Shown piece after piece: positions 1 through 7,118 of a DNA stretch of 17,689 nucleotides. A program made the position numbers and the translations under genes. The stretch comes from an uncultured Nitrososphaerota archaeon. GTDB lineage: Archaea; Korarchaeota; Korarchaeia; Korarchaeales; Korarchaeaceae. Position 1 is the first letter of the stretch. Every line of letters begins with the position of its first letter. Under the pieces are notes generated by a model that was not told the DNA's origin, ran no database searches, and saw only the letters and a program-made list of their open reading frames with translations. Location: assembly GCA_964480775.1 (NCBI GenBank), contig CAYZRF010000030.1, positions 1-17,689 on the forward strand, written 5' to 3'.

Positions 1-420
1 CACCCTGGAAATGTTGTCAACAATGCCCCCTTCTTTAACTGCAGAGATCGTACCCAAAGGTATTGCCAATAGTATGGCGATGAGCTCTGCTGTAAGAACC
101 AACTTCACTGTATTTGGAACTCTGATCATTATGGCATCACTAACTGCTCTATGAGTGATAAAAGAGTATCCCATGTTGCCTGAGAGAAGCATCTTAAGCC
201 AAGAAATGTATTGAACCCATATAGGGTCGTTTAGATGATATTTCTCTCTTAAGAACTCGATTGTCTCCATAGAAACTCTGGGATTGAACCCTAAGAAGAA
301 TTGGAAAGGGTCTCCAGGAGCTGCGTGAATTATAGTAAAAACTATCACTGAAATGGCAAACAAAGTAGGTAAAGCTATGAACGTTCTCCTTACTACATAA
401 TCCTTCAGGGCCATTATCAT
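1..420 (-). CDS. ABC transporter permease, Dpp/Opp (peptide/nickel) family; N-terminal ~140 codons only, the rest runs off the left window edge
   Basis: Absent from the supplied ORF track because it is open at the edge. My reverse-strand translation from ATG 420..418 is MIMALKDYVVRRTFIALPTLFAISVIVFTIIHAAPGDPFQFFLGFNPRVSMETIEFLREKYHLNDPIWVQYISWLKMLLSGNMGYSFITHRAVSDAIMIRVPNTVKLVLTAELIAILLAIPLGTISAVKEGGIVDNISRV. It has an N-terminal TM helix followed by the APGDP, YHLNDPxxVQY, GNxGYSF and RxPNTxxL blocks typical of DppB/OppB N-termini. Alternative start at ATG 414. Confidence 0.8.
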   Translation of the reverse strand, partial: MIMALKDYVVRRTFIALPTLFAISVIVFTIIHAAPGDPFQFFLGFNPRVSMETIEFLREKYHLNDPIWVQYISWLKMLLSGNMGYSFITHRAVSDAIMIRVPNTVKLVLTAELIAILLAIPLGTISAVKEGGIVDNISRV

Positions 421-430
421 GGGCACAATT

Positions 431-449
431 CATAATAATAAAAAAATAA
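431..449 (-). promoter_or_regulatory. A/T-rich box (minus strand reads GTTATTTTTTTATTATTATG): TATA-like element for the permease and/or oligo-T terminator for the upstream small gene
   Basis: On the minus strand a T7 run plus TTATTATTA lies 11-30 nt upstream of ATG 420/414. The geometry fits a short-leader or leaderless archaeal promoter. Oligo-T is also the archaeal termination signal. Confidence 0.35.
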
Positions 450-591
450 CTGATTGAGCTCTCTTTATCTCTCAGACTCCAGCCCTCGGCCATCTATAAA
501 GTTTAGACTTGAATGCAGGTGGTCTAATTAGGATTTCTTAGCCATACAGCACAAAAGAAAAATTCCCAACTCAAACTCACGAGATTCTCTT

Positions 592-828
592 CTATTCTTT
601 TATCAATCTGTAAAGGTAGTATCCAAGAGGCAGTAGGACAACTCCTATTATGATCCACAAAATAGATCCTCTTAGGCTTTCTCCCTTAATGTAATTCCAT
701 ATCGTAAACAAGATCCCGATGGATAGGCTGAGAACAATTGTTAGTAGTACTAAGTGAAATGCGAGATAAATTCCTAATGCAATGAACAAGGCATATATGT
801 CTTTTTTATCCAGTTTCATCTCAAACAC
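592..828 (-). CDS. small hydrophobic membrane protein (78 aa), function unknown
   Basis: ORF-track translation shows a long hydrophobic stretch (IYALFIALGIYLAFHLVLLTIVLSLSIGILFTIW) and a second one (SILWIIIGVVLLPLGYYLY). No motif recognised. Alternative start at Met4 (819). Confidence 0.45.
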   Translation of the reverse strand: MFEMKLDKKDIYALFIALGIYLAFHLVLLTIVLSLSIGILFTIWNYIKGESLRGSILWIIIGVVLLPLGYYLYRLIKE

Positions 829-843
829 TGGCTTAACCTAATG

Positions 844-854
844 CTTTTATTTTA
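844..854 (+). promoter_or_regulatory. TATA-like box (CTTTTATTTTA) upstream of the M14-like peptidase gene
   Basis: Centred about 33 nt upstream of ATG 882, in the 53-nt divergent spacer between the 828 (-) and 882 (+) starts. Confidence 0.35.
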
Positions 855-881
855 GACTTTGTTCTGGCATTGGATGTGTAA

Positions 882-2267
882 ATGAATTTAGGCCTTCTCA
901 TTGAAGAGATTCTAAGGAATGTTCCTGATTATCGGAAGTTCAAAACAGTAGAGGAACTTAACGAGTCTTCTAGAAAGCTCGCAGAAGAATACCGCGAGAT
1001 AGTTGAGTTAAAGGAGATAGGCAAATCAAGAGACGGAAACCCCATATTATCCCTGAAGATTGGAAAAGGTCGACTTAATGCTGTCCTTTTTGCGTTTCCT
1101 CATCCTAATGAACCTATAGGTAGCATGATGCTGGATTACTTATCTATCGTATATGCAGAAAACGAAGAGTTAAGGAAGGCTCTGAATTTTACCCTTCATA
1201 TCGTTAAAGTGTCAGATCCTGACGGAGCTATGTTAAATGAAAATTGGTTCAAAGGACCTTTCACTCCTCTTAACTATGCTTTGAATTTTTACAGACCTGC
1301 TGGAAACCAGCAAGTCGAGTGGACTTTCCCTATTAAATACAAAAATCTGAATTTCAACAAGCCAATCCCAGAAACAAAGGCATTGATGACCCTAATAGAT
1401 GAAACAAAGCCGGATTTCATCTATTCTCTTCACAACGCTGGGTTTGGAGGGGTCTATTATTACCTAAGCCGTGACATACCACTTCTATACCCGATTTACC
1501 AGTACATGGCCTACAAGCAGGAATTGCCCTTAAGCCTTGGAGAACCAGAGATGCCATATGCCGTTAAGTTCGCAGACGCCGTATACTCCTTGCCAAGCAC
1601 TAAAGATAGATACGACTATTTAGAGGAGCATTCAGACAAAGATCCAGCAGAAATAATCAAGAGCGGGACATCGAGCGTAGATTATGCCAAAAGAGTTAAT
1701 CCAAATGTCACTGAACTTGTTTGCGAAGTACCTTATTACTATGATCCTAGAATAGATGATCTCTCTGAATCTGATGTTATAAGAAAAGAGGCTATACTAT
1801 CAAAGCTCGAATTTAGAGAAGAGCTCTACAAATTTCTCTATGATAGGTTTAAGAAGGTACAGAATCTCCTAACAAGACCATCAAAGTTCAAAGAATCCAT
1901 AGAATACTTCCTTGAGGTTGGATTGGAGTCTATTAAGGCAGAAAGAAATTGGGCTGAGAGCAATCCAGAGTTAGAAAGATCTGCAACAGTAGCAGAGAAA
2001 TTTGACAACGAATTAGTGAGCAAGTTTTATTCAATGCTAATCACGGGTCTCTTTCTGAGAATGATAGAACATCAATTGGAGGAAAGTCAGAACAAGGTGT
2101 TGAAAGATTTGGCTGAAGAAATAAAGGGAAAGCTCTTAGAACTAAATGAGATTGTTGAGGAAGGAATGAATTACCAAGTAATTCCGATAAAGAAGCTTGT
2201 AACAGTACAGCTGGCTGCAGGCCTCTACACAATGCTTCATATAAAAGAAGTGAGTCTCAAGGATTAA
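882..2267 (+). CDS. M14-family (zinc carboxypeptidase-like) metallopeptidase, cytosolic, with a ~160-aa helical C-terminal extension
   Basis: The order of M14 blocks is preserved: IGKSRDGNPILSLKIG, then HPNEPIG (HxxE zinc ligands), VSDPDG (NPDG-like), LNFYRP (LNRN-like), PETKAL, SLHNAGFGG (third zinc His). No signal peptide. The C-terminal third is Glu/Lys/Leu-rich. Confidence 0.6.
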   Translation: MNLGLLIEEILRNVPDYRKFKTVEELNESSRKLAEEYREIVELKEIGKSRDGNPILSLKIGKGRLNAVLFAFPHPNEPIGSMMLDYLSIVYAENEELRKALNFTLHIVKVSDPDGAMLNENWFKGPFTPLNYALNFYRPAGNQQVEWTFPIKYKNLNFNKPIPETKALMTLIDETKPDFIYSLHNAGFGGVYYYLSRDIPLLYPIYQYMAYKQELPLSLGEPEMPYAVKFADAVYSLPSTKDRYDYLEEHSDKDPAEIIKSGTSSVDYAKRVNPNVTELVCEVPYYYDPRIDDLSESDVIRKEAILSKLEFREELYKFLYDRFKKVQNLLTRPSKFKESIEYFLEVGLESIKAERNWAESNPELERSATVAEKFDNELVSKFYSMLITGLFLRMIEHQLEESQNKVLKDLAEEIKGKLLELNEIVEEGMNYQVIPIKKLVTVQLAAGLYTMLHIKEVSLKD

Positions 2268-2287
2268 TCTTTCGTGATCTCGCCATC

Positions 2288-3661
2288 TTATCTGCAGAAG
2301 TACTCTGCTGCTAAATATAGTGCGTGAGCAGCCGCAACCGCTCTTTCAGGGGATGAAAAGACTGGTATTCCCTCTTTTTCAAGCTCTCGGGATTGGTTTT
2401 TAGTGAAAGGCCCCCCAGCTGCTACCGCTAAGATAGGTTTACCATAATTCTTCATCTTTGGAACCACTCTAACGATCTCTTCCTCTAGAGGGGTATCTTG
2501 GAATACAAAAAACACCATTAGGATATCAACATTCAAGTCCTCTAGAAGGAGCTTCATGGCTGTCTCATAATCCCTCATGGTTGCGCTTCCAGTTAGATCA
2601 ACTGGATTTCCTACTATAGCATAGGAAGGTAATTGTCTTCTTAACTCGCTCCTTGTTCTTTCTGAGTATTCTGAAAGCTCCAAACCCCTTTCAACAATCT
2701 CATCCGTGGCCATTACACATGGACCCGCGCCGTTTGTTACCATTGCAATTCTAGGGCCAGCAGCCAATGGTAACATCGAAAGGGCCTTTGACACACCGTA
2801 GAGTTCTTCAAATGTTCTGGCCTCAATAGCACCACATTGTTTGAATGCTGCTGACACTACTCTGTATGATCCCGCGATGGATCCGGTGTGAGAAACTGCA
2901 GCCATGGATCCCCTTCTTGTCCTGCCTGATTTCAAGACAACAATTGGTTTGCGCATAGATACCTCTTTGCATGCATCCATGAACTTTCTTCCATTCGTGA
3001 TGCTTTCAGCGTATATTGCTATTACCTTGGTTTCGGGATCCTGCCCTAAATACCTTATCAGGTCAGCTTCATCCACATCGGCTTTGTTACCATAGCTTAC
3101 AAATTTGCTAATTCCAATTCCGTCTTCTGCTGCCCATTCCAAGAAGGCACAGCCAAAGGTTCCGCTCTGAGTGAGGAATGCGATGTTCCCCTTAGGAGGT
3201 CTCAGCATTCTCTCTCTAGATTGAAAGAAAGTATCAAGCCTGGTATTTCCATCGAAAATTCCTATACAGTTTGGGCCTATTATTCTCATTCCGTATTTTC
3301 TAGCTATTTCAATACATTTCCTTTCTATTTCGGCTCCTTCTGGTCCGACCTCTTTAAATCCTCCTGAAACGATAACTATTGCTTTTATTCTCTTTTTCCC
3401 ACATTCTTCTATAACTTCTGGCACAGCTTTTGGAGGGATAGAGAGGACTGCTAAATCTACCTCTCCAGGAATCTCCAATACGCTTTTGTAGCACTTAAGT
3501 CCTAGAATTTTTTCAGCCCTTGGGTTTACAGGGTAAATGTTTCCTCTGTAATTCCCTTCAACAAGACTTCTCAAGATTTCGTGTCCTATTTTACCAATTT
3601 TTGTTGATGCCCCAACTACTGCCACAGATCTAGCTTTAAAGAAGTAGTCAAGATCTTTCAT
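2288..3661 (-). CDS. acdA: ADP-forming acetyl/acyl-CoA synthetase (NDP-forming), alpha subunit
   Basis: The N-terminus is the CoA-binding Rossmann fold (DYFFKARSVAVVGASTKIGKIGHEI). Also present are IGPNCIGI, FLTQSGT and the phosphohistidine loop AAVSHTGSIAGS, characteristic of archaeal ACS/ACD alpha subunits. No beta subunit is adjacent. Confidence 0.88.
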   Translation of the reverse strand: MKDLDYFFKARSVAVVGASTKIGKIGHEILRSLVEGNYRGNIYPVNPRAEKILGLKCYKSVLEIPGEVDLAVLSIPPKAVPEVIEECGKKRIKAIVIVSGGFKEVGPEGAEIERKCIEIARKYGMRIIGPNCIGIFDGNTRLDTFFQSRERMLRPPKGNIAFLTQSGTFGCAFLEWAAEDGIGISKFVSYGNKADVDEADLIRYLGQDPETKVIAIYAESITNGRKFMDACKEVSMRKPIVVLKSGRTRRGSMAAVSHTGSIAGSYRVVSAAFKQCGAIEARTFEELYGVSKALSMLPLAAGPRIAMVTNGAGPCVMATDEIVERGLELSEYSERTRSELRRQLPSYAIVGNPVDLTGSATMRDYETAMKLLLEDLNVDILMVFFVFQDTPLEEEIVRVVPKMKNYGKPILAVAAGGPFTKNQSRELEKEGIPVFSSPERAVAAAHALYLAAEYFCR

Positions 3662-3816
3662 ACGATTTCCACACTATATGTTCATGTTCACTTATCAAGT
3701 TGAGCAATATGTTGTGTTGACTTCCACCCCTATTTCCAATAGATGCAAGGATATTTTGTCGGAAGTTGATCAGTCTTTTTATCTATTTCCTATACCTTCA
3801 ATTAGGTGATGACGCA

Positions 3817-4449
3817 TTGACCTTTGAGTTTAAAACCATTAAGGAAGCTGAGAAGGCCCTAGAAAGAATAGAGGAAGACCTTATTATGGGAAAAATTAAC
3901 GAAGAAGATTACAAAAATCAAAAAAGAAAGATCAAGGCCTATATCTCTCTTCTCGAGTTAGAAGACCTGCTTATTGAAGGGAAAATTACTGAAGAGGAGT
4001 ACAAGCAGAAGAAAGCGGAATATCAAGCCATAATTTCAGGAGAAGCTGTTGTTGAGGAGGCAATGGCTCCACTTGCCAAGGAAATAAAGGATGTCGTGTC
4101 TAAAATAAAGGAGATAAAGAGCAAGAGGGAAAAATTAAGAGACTTATTGATGAACAAGGAGATAAGCGAGAAAACTTTCAACAAGATAGACTCCGAATAT
4201 GAAGAGAAGGAGAAGGACCTTACTAGTGAATTATCCGAGAAAAAGGAGGAACTTGAAGAGAGAATTTCTGAAATAGAAGAGGAACTCGAGAAGGTTAGGC
4301 TTCAGTTAGAGGAACTTAGGGCAAGACTTGCTCTTGAAGAGATAAGTGGCTCTGAGTATGATGCAAAGAAATCAGACCTGGAGAAAAAGGAGAGAGAATT
4401 ATCCAATGAGATGATATCATTAAAAGATGCTCTCGAACTGTTGGAATAA
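3817..4449 (+). CDS. coiled-coil protein with four SHOCT-like repeats, function unknown
   Basis: Repeated module L..L...GKI(T/S/N)EE(E/D)YK..K: MGKINEEDYKNQKRKI, EGKITEEEYKQKKAEY, NKEISEKTFNKIDSEY, LEEISGSEYDAKKSDL. These are separated by Glu/Lys/Leu heptad-like stretches. The track start is TTG 3766. I prefer in-frame TTG 3817 because GGTGA (3805-3809) lies 7 nt upstream. ATG 3887 is also possible. Confidence 0.55.
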   Translation: MTFEFKTIKEAEKALERIEEDLIMGKINEEDYKNQKRKIKAYISLLELEDLLIEGKITEEEYKQKKAEYQAIISGEAVVEEAMAPLAKEIKDVVSKIKEIKSKREKLRDLLMNKEISEKTFNKIDSEYEEKEKDLTSELSEKKEELEERISEIEEELEKVRLQLEELRARLALEEISGSEYDAKKSDLEKKERELSNEMISLKDALELLE

Positions 4450-4476
4450 TTTCCTTGAAACAATCAATACTTACTC

Positions 4477-4489
4477 TTTTTCTGCTTTT
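4477..4489 (+). terminator. oligo-T tracts (TTTTTCTGCTTTT) downstream of the coiled-coil gene
   Basis: T5 and T4 runs lie 28-40 nt after stop 4449. Archaeal RNA polymerase terminates at oligo-T. Confidence 0.4.
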
Positions 4490-4691
4490 GTCAAAGCGAT
4501 ACATCCGGAGAATAAGCAAATTAACATGTCTGGGAAAAGATTACGAAAATCAAATAGTTTGGCTCGACAACTCCAAAGAGAGAGTAGTTTAGAGTATTCC
4601 ATTTTATTTCGGCCTTTTCCCCGAAAGTATTATTACGACAGGGTGTATATTTGATTCGAAATTCGTTCTCTGTAAGTACAAGGCGAATAAA

Positions 4692-5369
4692 ATGCAAAAC
4701 GATTTAGTGAGAACGAGGATATTCCCTGCTGCTATTTTACTATTAGTAGGGGTTATTATTGAGCTTGTTGAATATAAAATAAGGCATAGAAAAGGAAGAA
4801 GAATATCTATTGATCTAATCCCCGGATGGTTAGCAAAATTAGAAGGAAGAATTCTTTTAAGGTTGAATGACATCTTTCGAGAGCCATTTCTAGGGAAATA
4901 TCTCAAAATAGCCTCTATAATGGGAGAAGAGATGACGATCATAAGTTTGAGTGCGATTTTGTGCGTTTTTGGAGCAATAACTCAGGGGATTCTTCTCTTC
5001 TCGTCTTTTGTAGGGGGTACTTTCGTTGTTCTTCCTCTTAAAGCATTGTTTTCAAGACCACGACCCTATCAAACTCATAGCTCTGTTAGACGTTTAGCAG
5101 ATGAGATAGGCGGTGGATTTCCAAGCGGCCACTCAATGAATGCATTTATCATCGCCAGAATACTAACTAACTTTTACCCAGCGCTAGGACTTGTGTTATA
5201 TGCAATTGCGGTTTCAACTGCTGTCAGTAGAGTTTACCTTGGGCTCCATTATCCAACTGATGTGATGTTTGGTTCGCTTATTGGATGGACTGTGGCCGGT
5301 GGGGCAATATGCCACCAAGATTTGGTGATATCACTTATCTACTCGGCAATCAATCTCATCAAAATATGA
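4692..5369 (+). CDS. PAP2-superfamily membrane phosphatase (phosphatidic acid / undecaprenyl-PP phosphatase-like)
   Basis: All three PAP2 signature motifs are present in order: KALFSRPRP (Kx6RP), PSGHS, SRVYLGLHYPTD (SRx5Hx3D). There are multiple hydrophobic helices. Confidence 0.85.
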   Translation: MQNDLVRTRIFPAAILLLVGVIIELVEYKIRHRKGRRISIDLIPGWLAKLEGRILLRLNDIFREPFLGKYLKIASIMGEEMTIISLSAILCVFGAITQGILLFSSFVGGTFVVLPLKALFSRPRPYQTHSSVRRLADEIGGGFPSGHSMNAFIIARILTNFYPALGLVLYAIAVSTAVSRVYLGLHYPTDVMFGSLIGWTVAGGAICHQDLVISLIYSAINLIKI

Positions 5370-5439
5370 ATCATTTCTTCTGCCAATATGTCTGCACACT
5401 TGTGGTTTCCACTGTAATGGCTATTTCTTTGTAGTAGAG

Positions 5440-5446
5440 TTTATAA
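5440..5446 (+). promoter_or_regulatory. consensus-like archaeal TATA box TTTATAA, distal candidate promoter of the kor-hdr-mvh cluster or of a small upstream ORF
   Basis: TTTATAA is centred about 33 nt before ATG 5476, which fits a near-leaderless transcript start around 5469-5472. Confidence 0.35.
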
Positions 5447-5459
5447 GAAGAGCCTCGTG

Positions 5460-5476
5460 TCCTCCAAGAAGGAGGA
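5460..5476 (+). promoter_or_regulatory. 17-nt perfect hairpin/palindrome TCCTCC-AAGAA-GGAGGA
   Basis: A 6-bp stem with a 5-nt loop, read directly from the sequence. The 3' arm is an SD-like GGAGG abutting ATG 5476. Confidence 0.4.
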
Positions 5477-5643
5477 TGGAAGTGAGAAATCAGCTATACA
5501 ATGAATCTCAAAGGCTTCTGAACGTCCTCCGAGAAGAAATGAGAGTTTCTGGTCCCGTATTGCCCTTACAGACCTTATTTATTCAACAAACGTATTTTTC
5601 TGTCCAGGAGGCTCATCTTTCAAGCGTGAATATTTTTAACTAA
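5476..5643 (+). CDS. possible 55-codon small ORF in the leader region (below the ORF-track cutoff); very uncertain
   Basis: My translation is MEVRNQLYNESQRLLNVLREEMRVSGPVLPLQTLFIQQTYFSVQEAHLSSVNIFN*. No motif recognised. Its 3' end overlaps the proximal TATA-like box. Confidence 0.15.
   Translation: MEVRNQLYNESQRLLNVLREEMRVSGPVLPLQTLFIQQTYFSVQEAHLSSVNIFN
5631..5639 (+). promoter_or_regulatory. proximal TATA-like box TATTTTTAA upstream of korD
   Basis: Centred about 36 nt upstream of ATG 5671 and preceded by purine-rich GCGTGAA (BRE-like). GGAGGT (5654-5659) lies between it and the ATG. Confidence 0.4.
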
Positions 5644-5670
5644 TAGTTGGTGGGGAGGTTGAAGAGTCAG

Positions 5671-5949
5671 ATGCCCGCTGGTAGCAAGCTTCTACCGAGC
5701 CAAAAGCTCAAGATTTCAAGAGGAAAAGTCCATATTATCGAAGAAAGGTGCAAAGGGTGCGGTTTGTGCATTGATTTCTGCCCTAGAGAGGTCTTACATA
5801 GATCTGAAAGGGTTAACGAGAAGGGATACCATCTTGTTGAAGCCATAGAGGAGCCTGAAAAGGGAAAGGTCTGTGTGGCCTGCGGCTTCTGCCAAGTTAT
5901 TTGTCCTGAATATGCAATTTGGGTTGAGAAGAGGGAGGAAGACCTTTGA
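5671..5949 (+). CDS. korD: 2-oxoacid:ferredoxin oxidoreductase, delta subunit (2x[4Fe-4S] ferredoxin-like)
   Basis: Two CxxCxxCxxxCP motifs: CKGCGLCIDFCP and CVACGFCQVICP. About 92 aa. The track start is TTG 5647. ATG 5671, 11 nt after GGAGGT, is more plausible. Confidence 0.85.
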   Translation: MPAGSKLLPSQKLKISRGKVHIIEERCKGCGLCIDFCPREVLHRSERVNEKGYHLVEAIEEPEKGKVCVACGFCQVICPEYAIWVEKREEDL

Positions 5950-5966
5950 TTTTGGAGGCGATATAG

Positions 5967-7118
5967 TTGGGAAAGGCTGTTTTGACTGGAAGGCACTTCT
6001 GGTACGGGAACATTGCAATAGCTGAGGGAGCTATAGCTGCAGGCTGTAGGTTTTTCGCAGGCTACCCCATAACCCCAGCCAGCGAGATAGCAGAGCACAT
6101 TTCAAGGAGATTTCCGGATGTAGGAGGGATTTTCGTTCAGTTTGAGGATGAACTCGCTTCAATGGCAGCCATCTTGGGGGCATCCTGGGCAGGAGTAAAG
6201 TCCATGACAGCCACCTCTGGACCAGGCTTCAGCTTAATGATGGAGAATATAGGACTTGGTGTCATGATGGAAGTTCCAGTAGTCATTGTGGATGTCCAGC
6301 GAGGTGCACCTAGCACAGGTCTTCCTACTCTTACAGCTCAGGGAGATATCATGCAGGCGAAGTGGGGTAGCCATGGACAGTATGAAATTATCGCATTATC
6401 TCCTGAGTCCCCGCAGGAAGCTTTTGACCTTACAATACGCTGTTTCAACCTTGCTGAAAAGTATAGAGTCCCAACGATTTTGCTTGCAAGCGAATCTGTC
6501 TGTCATAGTGCAGGAAAAGTGGTAGTTCCAGCTGAGGAAGAAATAGAGATCATTTATAGGAAGAAACCAAAGGTTCCACCTGAGGAATACCTGCCCTATA
6601 AGCCAGACGAGGACCTTATTCCTCCCATGGCATGTGCAGGAGAAGGATATTCCATTAAGACCACCGGTCTTACCCACAATGAGAGAGGCTATCCGGATAC
6701 TACTCCAGAGGCCCAAGAAAAGTTAGTAAAACGTCTTAACGACAAAATCAGGATGCATAGAGAGGAGATCGTAGAAGTAGAAGAGGATTTCATGGACGAT
6801 GCTGAAATTGCAGTCGTGTCTTATGGTCAGGTCTCTCGTCCAGCTAAAAGAGCTGTTAGAATGGCTAGAGAAGAAGGAATAAAGGCTGGAAGCATAAGAT
6901 TGATAACTGTTTGGCCTTTTGCTGAACATATAATACGAAAATGGGCAAGACAAGTGGATTTCTTCATAGTTCCTGAGCTAAACTATGGTCAGATATACTT
7001 AGAGGTAAAAAGAGAAGCAAACGGAAACGCAGCGACTATCCTAGTTCCGAGAATGGGAGGTAGACTGATTACACCAGGGGAGATATATCATGAGATCAAA
7101 AAGGTTATTGGGAGGTGA
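5967..7118 (+). CDS. korA: 2-oxoacid:ferredoxin oxidoreductase, alpha subunit (KorA type)
   Basis: GNIAIAEGAIAAGCRFFAGYPITPASEI, FEDELASM and TATSGPGFSLMMEN are the conserved OFOR alpha N-domain blocks. At 383 aa it matches KGOR-type alpha. TTG start with GGAGG (5954-5958) 8 nt upstream. Confidence 0.9.
   Translation: MGKAVLTGRHFWYGNIAIAEGAIAAGCRFFAGYPITPASEIAEHISRRFPDVGGIFVQFEDELASMAAILGASWAGVKSMTATSGPGFSLMMENIGLGVMMEVPVVIVDVQRGAPSTGLPTLTAQGDIMQAKWGSHGQYEIIALSPESPQEAFDLTIRCFNLAEKYRVPTILLASESVCHSAGKVVVPAEEEIEIIYRKKPKVPPEEYLPYKPDEDLIPPMACAGEGYSIKTTGLTHNERGYPDTTPEAQEKLVKRLNDKIRMHREEIVEVEEDFMDDAEIAVVSYGQVSRPAKRAVRMAREEGIKAGSIRLITVWPFAEHIIRKWARQVDFFIVPELNYGQIYLEVKREANGNAATILVPRMGGRLITPGEIYHEIKKVIGR

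Noticed and set aside
194-493. 99-aa ORF on the minus strand from the ORF track
   Set aside because: Its composition is not protein-like. It overlaps, in another frame, a clearly recognisable DppB/OppB-type permease N-terminus (1..420, -), so it is a shadow ORF.
1838-3095. Track ORFs 1838..2023 (-), 2041..2232 (-) and 2904..3095 (+)
   Set aside because: They are antisense to the M14-like and acdA genes and show no motifs.
4427-4942. ORFs 4427..4654 (+), 4316..4519 (-) and 4604..4942 (-) around the spacer between the coiled-coil gene and PAP2
   Set aside because: They have no motifs or ribosome-binding sites and overlap the PAP2 or coiled-coil CDS. The region is better explained as terminator plus promoter DNA. 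A small TTTCGG/CCGAAA hairpin at 4607-4626 was noted, but it is too short to interpret.
5370-5670. SurR-type GTTn3AAC operator upstream of the hydrogenase cluster
   Set aside because: I scanned the spacer by eye. No GTTnnnAAC or its extended form is present.
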